Shown here piece after piece: positions 51,541-60,510 of a DNA stretch of 64,000 nt (the stretch's first letter is position 1; every line of letters begins with the position of its first letter). Source of the stretch: an uncultured Chloroflexia bacterium. GTDB lineage: Bacteria; Chloroflexota; Limnocylindria; Limnocylindrales; CSP1-4. The stretch is from NCBI GenBank assembly GCA_963712745.1, contig CAVQJC010000005.1:288001-352000 (forward strand). The letters run 5' to 3'. The notes beneath the pieces are model-generated. The model worked only from the letters and a program-made list of their open reading frames with translations. It was not told the DNA's origin and searched no databases. The position numbers and the translations under genes are program-made.

Positions 51541-52419
51541 TTGCAGTCGAGCGGACGAAGCACGCCGCCCCTGAGCGGCGGCGCTCCAGGCAAGGCCGTC
51601 GCGGGCGAGGATGCGGGCCCGCCCGCGTTGGTGGCCAATCGGTCGCTCACGAACAGGCGCATCCGTCGGATCCTGACAGCAATCGGTCCGCCGGCGATCA
51701 CGTTTGGACTGTTGATCGCCGCATGGTGGTTCCTGGTTGCCTACTTCGAAGTGCCGGTGTACCTGGTTCCGTCACCGGAGCTGGTCCTGCCCGCCCTGTT
51801 CGAGTACTGGCCGGACCTTTGGGAGAACACACAGTTCACTGTTACGGCCGTCCTCCTCGGATTTGGTTTCAGCATCGTCACTGCGATCCCGATGGGTCTC
51901 GCCATCGCGGTGTCGCGCACGACCAAGCAGGCTGCCTATCCGGTCCTCGTATTCATCCAGCTCATCCCCAAGATCGCTATCGCGCCACTCTTCGTCGTCT
52001 GGTTCGGCTTCGCTCTCGAATCCAAGGTGATGCTCACGACGCTGCTTACGTTCTTTCCGCTGCTTCTGGCGAGCATCGCCGGGTTCCAGGCGCTCGATGA
52101 TCGCGTCCTGTACCTCACTCGAACGATGGGGGCGTCGACGTGGCAGACGTTCCGCTTCGTTCGACTGCCGAGTGCACTTCCGGTCATCTTCTCGGGTTTG
52201 AAGGTCTCGGCAACCATCGCGGTCACGGCAGCGATCGTGGCTGAGTTCGTCGGCTCCAACAATGGCCTCGGCTATCGCCTGCTCGTCGCGAGTCAGTACC
52301 TCGACACCCCGCTGATCTTCGCAATCCTGCTGCTGATGACGATCATCGGACTTGGACTCAACTACATCGTCGAGATCGTCGAGTACTTCGTCCTGCCCTG
52401 GCGGCGGGTTTCTTCCTGA
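51541..52419 (+). CDS. ABC permease, SsuC/TauC (NitT/TauT) family; start uncertain
   Basis: PKIAIAPLFVVWFG, LPSALPVIFSGLK, AEFVGSNNGLG. Confidence 0.88.
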   Translation: MQSSGRSTPPLSGGAPGKAVAGEDAGPPALVANRSLTNRRIRRILTAIGPPAITFGLLIAAWWFLVAYFEVPVYLVPSPELVLPALFEYWPDLWENTQFTVTAVLLGFGFSIVTAIPMGLAIAVSRTTKQAAYPVLVFIQLIPKIAIAPLFVVWFGFALESKVMLTTLLTFFPLLLASIAGFQALDDRVLYLTRTMGASTWQTFRFVRLPSALPVIFSGLKVSATIAVTAAIVAEFVGSNNGLGYRLLVASQYLDTPLIFAILLLMTIIGLGLNYIVEIVEYFVLPWRRVSS

Positions 52420-52548
52420 CGCAGAGATCCACGAGGAGGTGGCGATGGCCCAACGTACTAGACGCTGATGGCCTGCACATAAGCGTACGGCTATCCGGGA
52501 TAGGTGACCGCACAACAGGCGGTCACGGAGAAGGAGGAAAGAAAAGGG

Positions 52549-53625
52549 ATGGAAATGACGAATCGGCGCAAGATCCGAGCCGGTCTGGCGCTGCTCGTGG
52601 CGGTCCCTGTGGCTGCCGCGTTCAGCGCTCCATCGGCAATGGCGCAGGAGGCCGAGTCAACGGCGTGTGTGCCGACCGACCCCGCCACGCCCATCAGCTT
52701 CCAGCTCAACTTCACGGCGGGTGGCTACAACGCTCCATTCGCGCTCGCCGAGCTTGAGGGGTACTACGACGACGTCGGCCTCAACGTGGATATCGTCAAG
52801 GGTCAGGGTTCAGGAACCACGGCTCGGCTTGTCGCATCCGGACAGGCTGGTTTGGCCTATGCGGACGCCTCTGCGGTAGCGCAGGTCATCGCCCAGGGCG
52901 CCGACATCAAGATCCTCTCGACCATCTACCAGTCGAGTCCCAATGCCGTCAACGCGCTTGCGGAGACGGGGATCGAATCGGTCGCGGACCTGCGCGGCAA
53001 GAAGCTCGGGGAGCCTACGGGTGAGGCCTCCAGTGCGATGTTCCCACTCCTGCTCGAGGCCAACGGCCTTACCAGGGACGACCTGGAAGTCATCCCCATG
53101 CCGGGCACGTCGCTCGTCGGCGCACTGACGCAGGGGCAGGTGGACGCGGTCCTTGGATCGACCGAGGGGTACAACCTCGTGCTCGAAGAGCAGGGGTTCG
53201 AGGTCACAGTCCTTCCATACGCTGAGTGGGGCGTCCCGACCGTCAGCACCTCGGTCATCGCCTCGGGACGCTTTCTCGAGGAGAATGCCAACGCAGTCCG
53301 CTGCTTCATCGAGGCCAGCCTCAAGGGATGGGACGAAGCGATCAAGCGACCGGATGATGCGATCGCGGCGCTCGTGGAGTACTTCCCCTACGACACCAGG
53401 CCGGAACTGAACAAGCGGCAGCTCGAGTCGGCCATCGACCTCGTCTGTGCCAACGACGCTCAGTTCGTCGGCAAGGCTGAACCTGCGGCCTGGGACACTT
53501 CGGTCCAGATCTGGCAGGACTTCTTCGGTCTCTCGCCAGATGTCCCGGCAACCGACTACTACACGTATGACTTCCTTCCGGACACGCTACCGACATCGTG
53601 CCCGCTGGAGCAGCCAGCCGAATAA
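52549..53625 (+). CDS. NMT1/THI5-like ABC substrate-binding protein
   Basis: Signal peptide, GYYDDVGLNVDI..GQGS, DLRGKKLG. Confidence 0.85.
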   Translation: MEMTNRRKIRAGLALLVAVPVAAAFSAPSAMAQEAESTACVPTDPATPISFQLNFTAGGYNAPFALAELEGYYDDVGLNVDIVKGQGSGTTARLVASGQAGLAYADASAVAQVIAQGADIKILSTIYQSSPNAVNALAETGIESVADLRGKKLGEPTGEASSAMFPLLLEANGLTRDDLEVIPMPGTSLVGALTQGQVDAVLGSTEGYNLVLEEQGFEVTVLPYAEWGVPTVSTSVIASGRFLEENANAVRCFIEASLKGWDEAIKRPDDAIAALVEYFPYDTRPELNKRQLESAIDLVCANDAQFVGKAEPAAWDTSVQIWQDFFGLSPDVPATDYYTYDFLPDTLPTSCPLEQPAE

Positions 53626-53657
53626 CCATCAACCAGGCAGACGTGTGGGGTGAGACG

Positions 53658-54500
53658 GTGACATCAGGGACGAACGGGCGCGGGCAAGCTGGACAACGTG
53701 GGACGTCCATCGACATCGATGGCGCCACGATGGTCTTCAATGCAGACGCCGCCCCGTTCCAGGCCCTCACCGAGATCACACTCAGCGTCAAGCCTGGTGA
53801 GTTCGTTAGCGTGGTGGGGCCGAGCGGCTGCGGCAAGAGCACTCTGATGCTCCTGACCGCCGGGCTGCTTCGGCCTACCACGGGCGAGATCCGTGTCGCA
53901 GACAAGCGACTGGAATCACCCCTGACCGATGTCGGGATCGTCTTCCAGGACGATCTGCTGCTCGAATTCCGCACGGCCGAGAACAACATCCTTCTCCAGG
54001 GCCAGGTCCGGAAGCTCGACATGGACAGGATCCGCGCGCGCACGTCACAGCTCATGGGTCAGCTCGGTGTGGCGCAGGCAGCCGATCGGTATCCGAAGCA
54101 GCTCTCCGGCGGAATGCGCCAACGCGTCGCGATCGCTCGTGCGTTGGTGCATGATCCCTCCCTCCTGCTCATGGACGAACCGTTTGGCGCACTCGATGCG
54201 CTGACACGATTGCAGGTCCGCCATGACCTCGAACAGTTGTGGATGCGTGAACGGCCGACCGTCCTGTTCATCACCCACAGCGTGGAGGAGGCAGTCGGAC
54301 TGTCGGATCGGGTAGTCGTCTTCTCACCTTCTCCAGGTCGCATCGTGGAAGAGGTCATCATCGACCTGCCTCGCCCGCGGCCATTGGCGCTCGGTGAGAC
54401 GAAGGAACTCGCCGACCGTGCCGACGGCATCTATCGGACCTTCGAGGAGATGGGGGTTCTGTCCGAGGAAGATCTGCCCGGCGAAACCAGGTCCCTTTAG
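53658..54500 (+). CDS. ABC ATP-binding protein, SsuB/TauB family; start uncertain
   Basis: GPSGCGKST, LSGGMRQR, MDEPFGALD, ITHSVEEAV. Confidence 0.9.
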   Translation: MTSGTNGRGQAGQRGTSIDIDGATMVFNADAAPFQALTEITLSVKPGEFVSVVGPSGCGKSTLMLLTAGLLRPTTGEIRVADKRLESPLTDVGIVFQDDLLLEFRTAENNILLQGQVRKLDMDRIRARTSQLMGQLGVAQAADRYPKQLSGGMRQRVAIARALVHDPSLLLMDEPFGALDALTRLQVRHDLEQLWMRERPTVLFITHSVEEAVGLSDRVVVFSPSPGRIVEEVIIDLPRPRPLALGETKELADRADGIYRTFEEMGVLSEEDLPGETRSL

Positions 54501-54527
54501 GGCTGACGCCCGTCCGCCGCCGCCGAC

Positions 54528-54950
54528 GTGAGGAGCCTCATCCCCGGCAGCAGCGCCACCACCCTCGCCTTCGGTGCGGTGTACTTCATCTGGGGCTCCA
54601 CGTACCTGGCCATCCGATTCGGGCTCGACAGCTTCCCACCCTTCATCCTCAACGGACTGCGCTATTCCCTGGCAGGGCTTGCGATGTTCCTCGTGCTCAT
54701 GGCGCTGGGGACACCGCTCCCGACCCGACGACAGTGGTGGAACATCGCCCGCGTCGCGGCACTCATGATGGTCGGCGGGGCAGGCCTCGTGACTGTCGCA
54801 CAGGATGTCGGTGTCGGCTCCGGACTCGCTGCCACAGCGGTGGCGATGATCCCGGTGTGGGCGGCCCTCGTCTCTGGCTTCCTGGGGATCTGGCCCCGTC
54901 GCGTCGAGTGGGTGGGACTCGCCGTCGGATTGCTCGGAGTCGCCCTGCTT
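54528..54950 (+). pseudogene. EamA/YedA-type DMT transporter, 3'-truncated
   Basis: VYFIWGSTYLAIRF...; only the first EamA repeat precedes the IS256 junction. Confidence 0.8.
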
Positions 54951-55609
54951 GCCCTCCTTCGGTCCCTCGGGACGGACCGGCAGGTAGATGGCGTCGAGCA
55001 TGAGTGCGAGCAGTCGCACCTCGCCGAGGCTGCGGGCCCGAAAGGCCCGGTAGCGGTCGCGCAGCTCCCGGCAGATGGTCGAGACGGTCGTGCGGCTGAT
55101 GTGGCCGAGGCCGGCTTCGGCCGCGAGGGACTCGATGTCACGATCCGACAGGCCTCGGACGTAGGCCCCGATGACGAGGGCTTCGAGGGGCCGGGTGCGC
55201 ACGATGGCCTTGGTGTCGGGGATGGTGGCGCTCACGAAGCGGGTGAGGCTGTCGCGCACCTGGGGCATGGCCACGCTGATCTCGCCCTCGGCGGTCTGGA
55301 CCCGGCGGGGCCGGGTGCCGTTGCGGGAGCCGGTCGCCTCGGGTGCCCGTTCGTAGCGGACCCGACCGAGGAAGGCGGTCACCTCCTCCTCGACCGCCCG
55401 CTGCAGCACCAGCTGCGCTCCCAGGCGACCGAGCTCACCGACGCGATCGGCATCGTCGAGCCCTCCGAGGAGCACCTCCTCGATGGCTGCCTCGATCTTG
55501 GCACTCGGGGCTATCCTTCGTTCCACGGCGTAGTCCTCCTTGGCGAACTTCCAGGTCCGCTTCGGAGCCTATGCCGTCTCTACTTTTCCAGCGATCTCAG
55601 GACGCCACC
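54951..55609 (-). mobile_element. Truncated IS256-family element (transposase from GTG 55526, about 190 codons)
   Basis: RNGTRPRRVQTAEGEI, AYVRGLSDRDI, ISRTTVS, LMLDAIYL; candidate terminal IR GGTGGCGTCCTGAGATCGCTGGAAAA at 55609. Confidence 0.85.
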
Positions 55610-55883
55610 GGAAGGCACTGCCGTGGTACAGCTTTTCGCAGGATCTTCCCAGGGGGACTGAGGCTACCGTCGGGACTCCACTAGGCTTCCTCGCGTTGTC
55701 GTGGATGGACATCGGACGCAACCTCTTGAGCCCGATCAGCAGATCAGATGTGGCTCGGGCGAGATCACGAGGGTCGGATCGAACGCCTGACGGTCTTCGT
55801 TGGTTCCCCGGCGCACTCTGAGCGGGAGGTTCTTGACGACTGAAGCCCCGGCCCTCTCCGACGCACACGGCACGTACCTCTTG

Positions 55884-55928
55884 TTCGTAAACAGCAGGTC
55901 CTCGGTTCAAATCCGAGTGTCGGCTCCA
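55884..55928 (+). repeat. att copy 7, identical
   Basis: Matches 7896-7940; TGACCCCT at 55986 and 55998. Confidence 0.95.
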
Positions 55929-56340
55929 CTCCCCACGCGTGAAACGGGCCGTTTCGGGCTGTCCCTGGCCGGAGTCAGCAGAGTCTGACCCCTGATGTGA
56001 CCCCTGAGAACACCCGCCAATGTGACCAACTCAGGTAATCACTACCAAGGGTCCCGATCCTGAATTGGCTAGCGGCGTGCGGACCACCTTGACGAGGATC
56101 TCATCGATGCTCGCGACCAGTTCCGTGACCGACAGGAGGCTGCCGTGCTGAGCGGCCTGGCGGCGGAATCTTCGGTTGATCTCAACACCAAGCCGCTAGC
56201 TGGCGACAGGAGAAACCAGGGCGGCAACCAAGCGTGAACTCAAGCTGGTTCAGCGGTCACACGCTTCGTCACACGGCCGGTCGTCAAGGTACGACCCATC
56301 GAGCGCATCCCCGACGCCCGACCGACCGGAGACAGATCGA

Positions 56341-56553
56341 ATGACCGTCACACAGCGAACCGCAGAGCAGCCGGCCCAGCCGGCCCTCACCAACCCACCC
56401 TTGACGCGGCTGCTCGCCGCCACCCGCCGACGCGCGGCGAGCGTTCGTGCTGCCTACGCACAGATCATCATCCGCGGACAGCTTGGGCCAGTCGTGGGCC
56501 AGCGTGATCACCGTCGACCCGAGCCTCCGTTCTCCGGCCCTCGCTTCTACTGA
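56341..56553 (+). CDS. Small hypothetical protein
   Basis: 70-aa ORF with GGAG upstream, directly before the BTAD gene. Confidence 0.4.
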   Translation: MTVTQRTAEQPAQPALTNPPLTRLLAATRRRAASVRAAYAQIIIRGQLGPVVGQRDHRRPEPPFSGPRFY

Positions 56554-56594
56554 GCCTTGTGTCAGGGTCCGATCACGGTCAGGATGTCCAGCCT

Positions 56595-58415
56595 ATGAGT
56601 CTCCAGATCGAACTGCTCGGCGCGCCACGTGTGGCCGTGAGCGGCAACGAGTCGGTACCGCCAAGAGGTCGCAAGGCGTGGGCGCTGCTGGCCTACCTGT
56701 TGTTGACCTCGCGGCCGCAGCCACGGGAGCGGCTCGCCACGCTGCTGTTCGATGAGGCCGCAGATCCGCTGGGTGCGTTGCGCTGGAACCTGGCGCAACT
56801 TCGACGCACGCTCGGCGATCGCGTCGAAGTCGGTGGCGAGCCCCTGACCATCCGCCTGCCGCAGGGCAGCGTCATCGACACCGAAGTCCTCGCCCATGGC
56901 GACTGGACCACGGCAGTCGAGGTCACGGGCCTGGGCCACGAGCTGCTCGAGGGCATCGATCTGCCCGGCAACGCCGCATTCGAGACATGGCTGCTGGCCG
57001 AGCGCCGCCGTTTCGCCGGCATCAGTGCATCGATCCTGCGCGAGGCGGCGACCGCACGACTTGCGGCAGGTGAGGTGATGCCTGCGGTGGATCTCGCCTC
57101 TCGCCTCGTGGCCATCGAAGATTTCGATGAAGAGGCCCACGCGCTGCTGATCCGCGCCTATGCGGCCTCAGGCGATGTGGAGCGGGCGCGGCAGCAGTCC
57201 GTCAGATCGGCGGCGTATCTGCGAGAAGAGCTCGGCGTCGAGCCCTCCGCGACCCTGGGTCGGGCACTCAGCGGCGCGCTGGCGGCACTGGAGCCAGACA
57301 CCCGAACTGTGCCAAGCGAACGGGGCATCGAGGCACTCATCGAGGCTGGACGTGCAGCCTTCAACGCCGGCGCCACAGATGCCGGCATCCAGACGCTTGC
57401 GCGGGCTACCGATGAGGCGAGGGCCCTCTCGTCGACGCAGCTCCAGGCCCGCGCCCAACTGGCTCACGGTGTGGCCCTGGTGCACACGGGTCGGGGCCGT
57501 GATGGCGAGGGTGCGACGATCTTGCACGCGGCGCTGAGCTCTGCCGTTGCCGCAGGAGATGCGCGTATCGCCAGCGAGGCGTCGCGCGAGCTCGGGTACA
57601 TCGAGTTCCTGCGAGGTCGCTACGACCGTGCCCAGACATGGCTGGAGCGGGCCATCGAGTCAGCACCCGATGAGATCGAGCGCGCTTCGGCGCTTGCCAT
57701 CCTCGGGGCCACCGCATGTGACCGCGGCCGGACGGGCACGGCCATCGAAGCGCTCAGCGAAGCCGCCGCGGTCGGGGCACGAGTACAGAAGCCACGCATC
57801 GAGGCCTGGGCGCGTGCGCTCCTGGGCCGTGCACACCGGCTGCGCGGCGAGCTCGACGAGGCCGCCTCAGAGCTAGACCGTGCCGTCGAGATCTGCCGTG
57901 CCGTGGGCTGGATGTCGTTCCTGGGCATGCCGCAGTCGATGCGCGCGGACGTGCACCTGCTGCGTGGCGAGGTGGGACCAGCATCGGACGACTACGAAGC
58001 GGCCTTCGCACTCGGTTGCCAGATCGGCGATCCTTGCTGGGAGGGACTCGGTGCACGGGGCATCGGCCTGGTCCACTTCGAACGAGGGCGCATCGATGAG
58101 GGCTTCGAGTGGCTCAGCGATGCCGCTGTGCGCTGCGTGCGCACCACCGATGCCTATCTCTGGATCGAGGCGTTCTGTCTCGACACGCTCTGTGCTCGCG
58201 GCCTGGAACACGGCCGCCGCGAAGTCGCCGACTGGGCCGGACGACTCGAGACCCTCGCGGCGCGCACCGATATGCGCGAGATGCTCGTGCGCAGCCAGAT
58301 GCATCGAGCCGCCCTTGGTGTCGTTGATGCTGGGGCGGCGGCACGACTCTTCGCTCGCGATGTCGACAATCCTTCGCTCCTGAGAGAGCTATCCGGGACG
58401 CCAGCGCCCGCGTAG
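56595..58415 (+). CDS. BTAD/SARP-type transcriptional regulator with TPR repeats
   Basis: IELLGAPRV, KAWALLAYL, RERLATLL, FETWLLAER, EELGVEPS, helical TPR C-terminus; no NB-ARC P-loop seen. Confidence 0.85.
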   Translation: MSLQIELLGAPRVAVSGNESVPPRGRKAWALLAYLLLTSRPQPRERLATLLFDEAADPLGALRWNLAQLRRTLGDRVEVGGEPLTIRLPQGSVIDTEVLAHGDWTTAVEVTGLGHELLEGIDLPGNAAFETWLLAERRRFAGISASILREAATARLAAGEVMPAVDLASRLVAIEDFDEEAHALLIRAYAASGDVERARQQSVRSAAYLREELGVEPSATLGRALSGALAALEPDTRTVPSERGIEALIEAGRAAFNAGATDAGIQTLARATDEARALSSTQLQARAQLAHGVALVHTGRGRDGEGATILHAALSSAVAAGDARIASEASRELGYIEFLRGRYDRAQTWLERAIESAPDEIERASALAILGATACDRGRTGTAIEALSEAAAVGARVQKPRIEAWARALLGRAHRLRGELDEAASELDRAVEICRAVGWMSFLGMPQSMRADVHLLRGEVGPASDDYEAAFALGCQIGDPCWEGLGARGIGLVHFERGRIDEGFEWLSDAAVRCVRTTDAYLWIEAFCLDTLCARGLEHGRREVADWAGRLETLAARTDMREMLVRSQMHRAALGVVDAGAAARLFARDVDNPSLLRELSGTPAPA

Positions 58416-58461
58416 GTGTTGTCCGCCGGTGGCAGTCGATGCCCCGGCCTTCCGACGACGA

Positions 58462-58481
58462 TGACCCCTGAGCTGACCCCT
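58462..58481 (+). repeat. Upstream arm-type direct repeat pair TGACCCCT
   Basis: TGACCCCT at 58462 and 58474, 165 bp before att copy 8. Confidence 0.75.
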
Positions 58482-58626
58482 GTCAGAAACAGTGGCCGGA
58501 GAGCCGCAGGGCTCTGGCGGGGGAGCACAAAGCCGAGACTGGCTCCCGCTGGTGCGGGCTGACGTGTGGGGTTCGACGTGCTTCGATATCGCAGTCGGAC
58601 GGGGTGCGGGCCCTCGGTCCTCGCGA

Positions 58627-58671
58627 TTCGTAAACAGCAGGTCCTCGGTTCAAGTCCGAGTGTCGGCTCCA
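58627..58671 (+). repeat. att copy 8 (T loop TTCAAGT)
   Basis: 44/45 match; TGACCCCT at 58730 and 58742. Confidence 0.95.
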
Positions 58672-58824
58672 CTTCCCACCGCGTGAATCGGCACGTTCCG
58701 GGCTGTCCATGGCCAGAAACAGCAGGGCCTGACCCCTGATGTGACCCCTGCCCGACCCGTCGATCCGGGTGCGATCTCGACGGGTCGGGAGCCGACGCTG
58801 CCCGCCAAGATCTCGTCTTCCGCC

Positions 58825-58853
58825 TTGACCGCGATATGTTTCACATCTATGGT
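58825..58853 (+). promoter_or_regulatory. Sigma70-type promoter for a near-leaderless transcript
   Basis: TTGACC-17-TATGGT, 10 nt before ATG 58864. Confidence 0.55.
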
Positions 58854-58863
58854 TGTTAGTGAC

Positions 58864-59598
58864 ATGGTTGTGCAACTGGATGACGGGTCGGCGATCGTCG
58901 GCGTAGGCCAAGCCGCGCACATGCTCAGCCTGCGCCCGAGGTCGGTGCTTCGTCTCATCAACGACGGCGAGTTGCCCGCCCAAAAGGAGTTCGGGCGCTG
59001 GCGCATCCTGCGTGCCGATGTCGAGATCCGTCGTGAGCTCGGCGCCCACGATGGCCGGCGATATGCGCCAGCCGCAGCTTGGGGTCTCATCTTCCTCGGG
59101 AGCGGAGGGCAGGCCCCGTGGCTCGATCGCATCTCCCGATGGCGCATCCGGAAGCAGCTCGCCTCACGACCATGGCCGGGACTGCGGCACGCCCTGGCTG
59201 ATCGTGCCTCCCTGAGCCGCTATGCAGCACACCCCAATTCGGTCGCGCGTCTGCGTGACGAGCCGGACCTGATGCATTCCGGCCTCGGGGCGGCCGAGGC
59301 GTCCGGCGTCGGCGTGATCGGCGCCGGCGACCGGTTCGCGGCATACGTGCCCGACGAGCACCTGCCCGACATCATCGGCCGGAATCATCTGCGCCAAGAC
59401 CCGGCCGGGCTGGTAGCCCTCCGAACGGTCCTGCCCGAAGCCCTTCCGAAGCCACTGCCGCCGGTGGCGCCGCAGGTGGCTATCGCGCTCGACCTGCTCG
59501 AAGACCACGAGCCACGGGCCAGGCAGGTCGGACGCGAACTCCTGGCCATGCTCGAGTCGGAGTACCGGGCGGGTGTCGATGGCCCTGCCCGTGGATGA
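58864..59598 (+). CDS. Excisionase-like HTH protein with AbiEi-like C-terminus (putative type IV antitoxin)
   Basis: VGQAAHMLSL..RSVLRLINDGELPAQK.FGRWRI; C-terminal VAPQVAIALDLLEDHEPRARQVG. Confidence 0.65.
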   Translation: MVVQLDDGSAIVGVGQAAHMLSLRPRSVLRLINDGELPAQKEFGRWRILRADVEIRRELGAHDGRRYAPAAAWGLIFLGSGGQAPWLDRISRWRIRKQLASRPWPGLRHALADRASLSRYAAHPNSVARLRDEPDLMHSGLGAAEASGVGVIGAGDRFAAYVPDEHLPDIIGRNHLRQDPAGLVALRTVLPEALPKPLPPVAPQVAIALDLLEDHEPRARQVGRELLAMLESEYRAGVDGPARG

Positions 59599-60318
59599 CA
59601 CGCCGATGCTGGAGATCGAGTCATGGAGCGATGCCGAGGCGCAGCTCTGGGTGACGCTTCGCGAGGTCTGCGAGCTCTTCAGCGGGCTCCCATGGGTCCT
59701 CGTCGGCGGCCTGATAGTGCGTCTCCTCGAGGCCGAGCACGGGCGCGAGACCCAATTCGCGACGATGGACGTCGACGCCATCATCGACGTTCGAGCGATG
59801 ACCTTGGGCAAGCGAGAGGCCGCCCAGCGGCTCCTCGACCATGGTTTCCAACCCGAACGGCCGGACGGCAAGACCGTCTACGGCTCACGCGGGCCGGCGA
59901 CATCGTCGATGTCCTCCCGCCCGATGGGCTCGGATCGAGAGCAGACATCGTGACGGTCCCACCAGCGTCCACTTTCCGGACGGTCGGGGGGTCGAGAGCG
60001 CTACGGGGTCGACGGCGACTCGCGGTGTCGGTCGACACCAAGCAGTTCGAGGTCCCGGTCCCAGACCTCGCCGGGGCGATCGTCATCAAGGCGCGGGCCG
60101 CGACGAGCGCGACGACGAGCGCAACGAAACACGAGCGCGACCTTGCCCGACTGCTCACGCTCGTCGATCATCCGTACGAGATGCGCGACTCCATGTCCGG
60201 AAAGGAGCGCGGCTACGTGCGGCGGCATCACGCACTCTCCGACCCTTGTCACGCCGCGTGGTCACAAGTGGCGGACGCGGACCTTGGCTCACAGGGCCTC
60301 GCCGTCATCTGCGGCTGA
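59573..60318 (+). CDS. Putative nucleotidyltransferase toxin (AbiEii-like), frameshifted near 59881
   Basis: WVLVGGLIV...TMDVDAII, then in a shifted frame IVDVL...VPVPDLAGAIVIKARA...KHERDLARLL. Confidence 0.65.
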
Positions 60319-60465
60319 CTTCGACGTAGGCGGCCGATGATGGCGATCGACCCGGAGCAGCCACGCGTCAGCATCCGGGGTGGTGTTTGCGACGGATCGA
60401 TGGGAGTGTTTGCGGAAGCTTCACAGGTCTAGCCGCGACGAGTAGCACGCGGCGAAACCAGCCTT

Positions 60466-60510
60466 TTCGTCAACAGCAGGTCCTCGGTTCGGATCCGAGT
60501 GTCGGCTCCA
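60466..60510 (+). repeat. att copy 9 (loop TTCGTCA, T loop TTCGGAT)
   Basis: 42/45 match; single TGACCCCT at 60568. Confidence 0.92.

Noticed and set aside
54528-55661. 377-aa EamA fusion protein and 400-aa transposase as intact genes
   Set aside because: Each reads through the deletion junction into the antisense of the other
56010-56330. Possible gene remnant or riboswitch upstream of the small ORF
   Set aside because: No recognisable protein or RNA motif could be supported by eye
7665-58672. Recurring ORFs with MNRGPAVYE, MEPTLGFEPRTCCLR or GSGADTRI peptides
   Set aside because: These are translations of the tRNA-derived repeat, not a protein family
16677-60510. Repeats as a CRISPR array
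   Set aside because: Spacing is 1.4-16 kb with genes in between, the repeat is a tRNA 3' half, and no cas genes are present
16677-60510. Repeats as additional tRNA genes
   Set aside because: All lack the 5' acceptor strand, D arm and 5' anticodon stem, so no cloverleaf can form
7941-60510. Classical integron with attC sites
   Set aside because: No intI, and no RYYYAAC...GTTRRRY attC hairpins recognised; boundaries are tRNA-derived direct repeats
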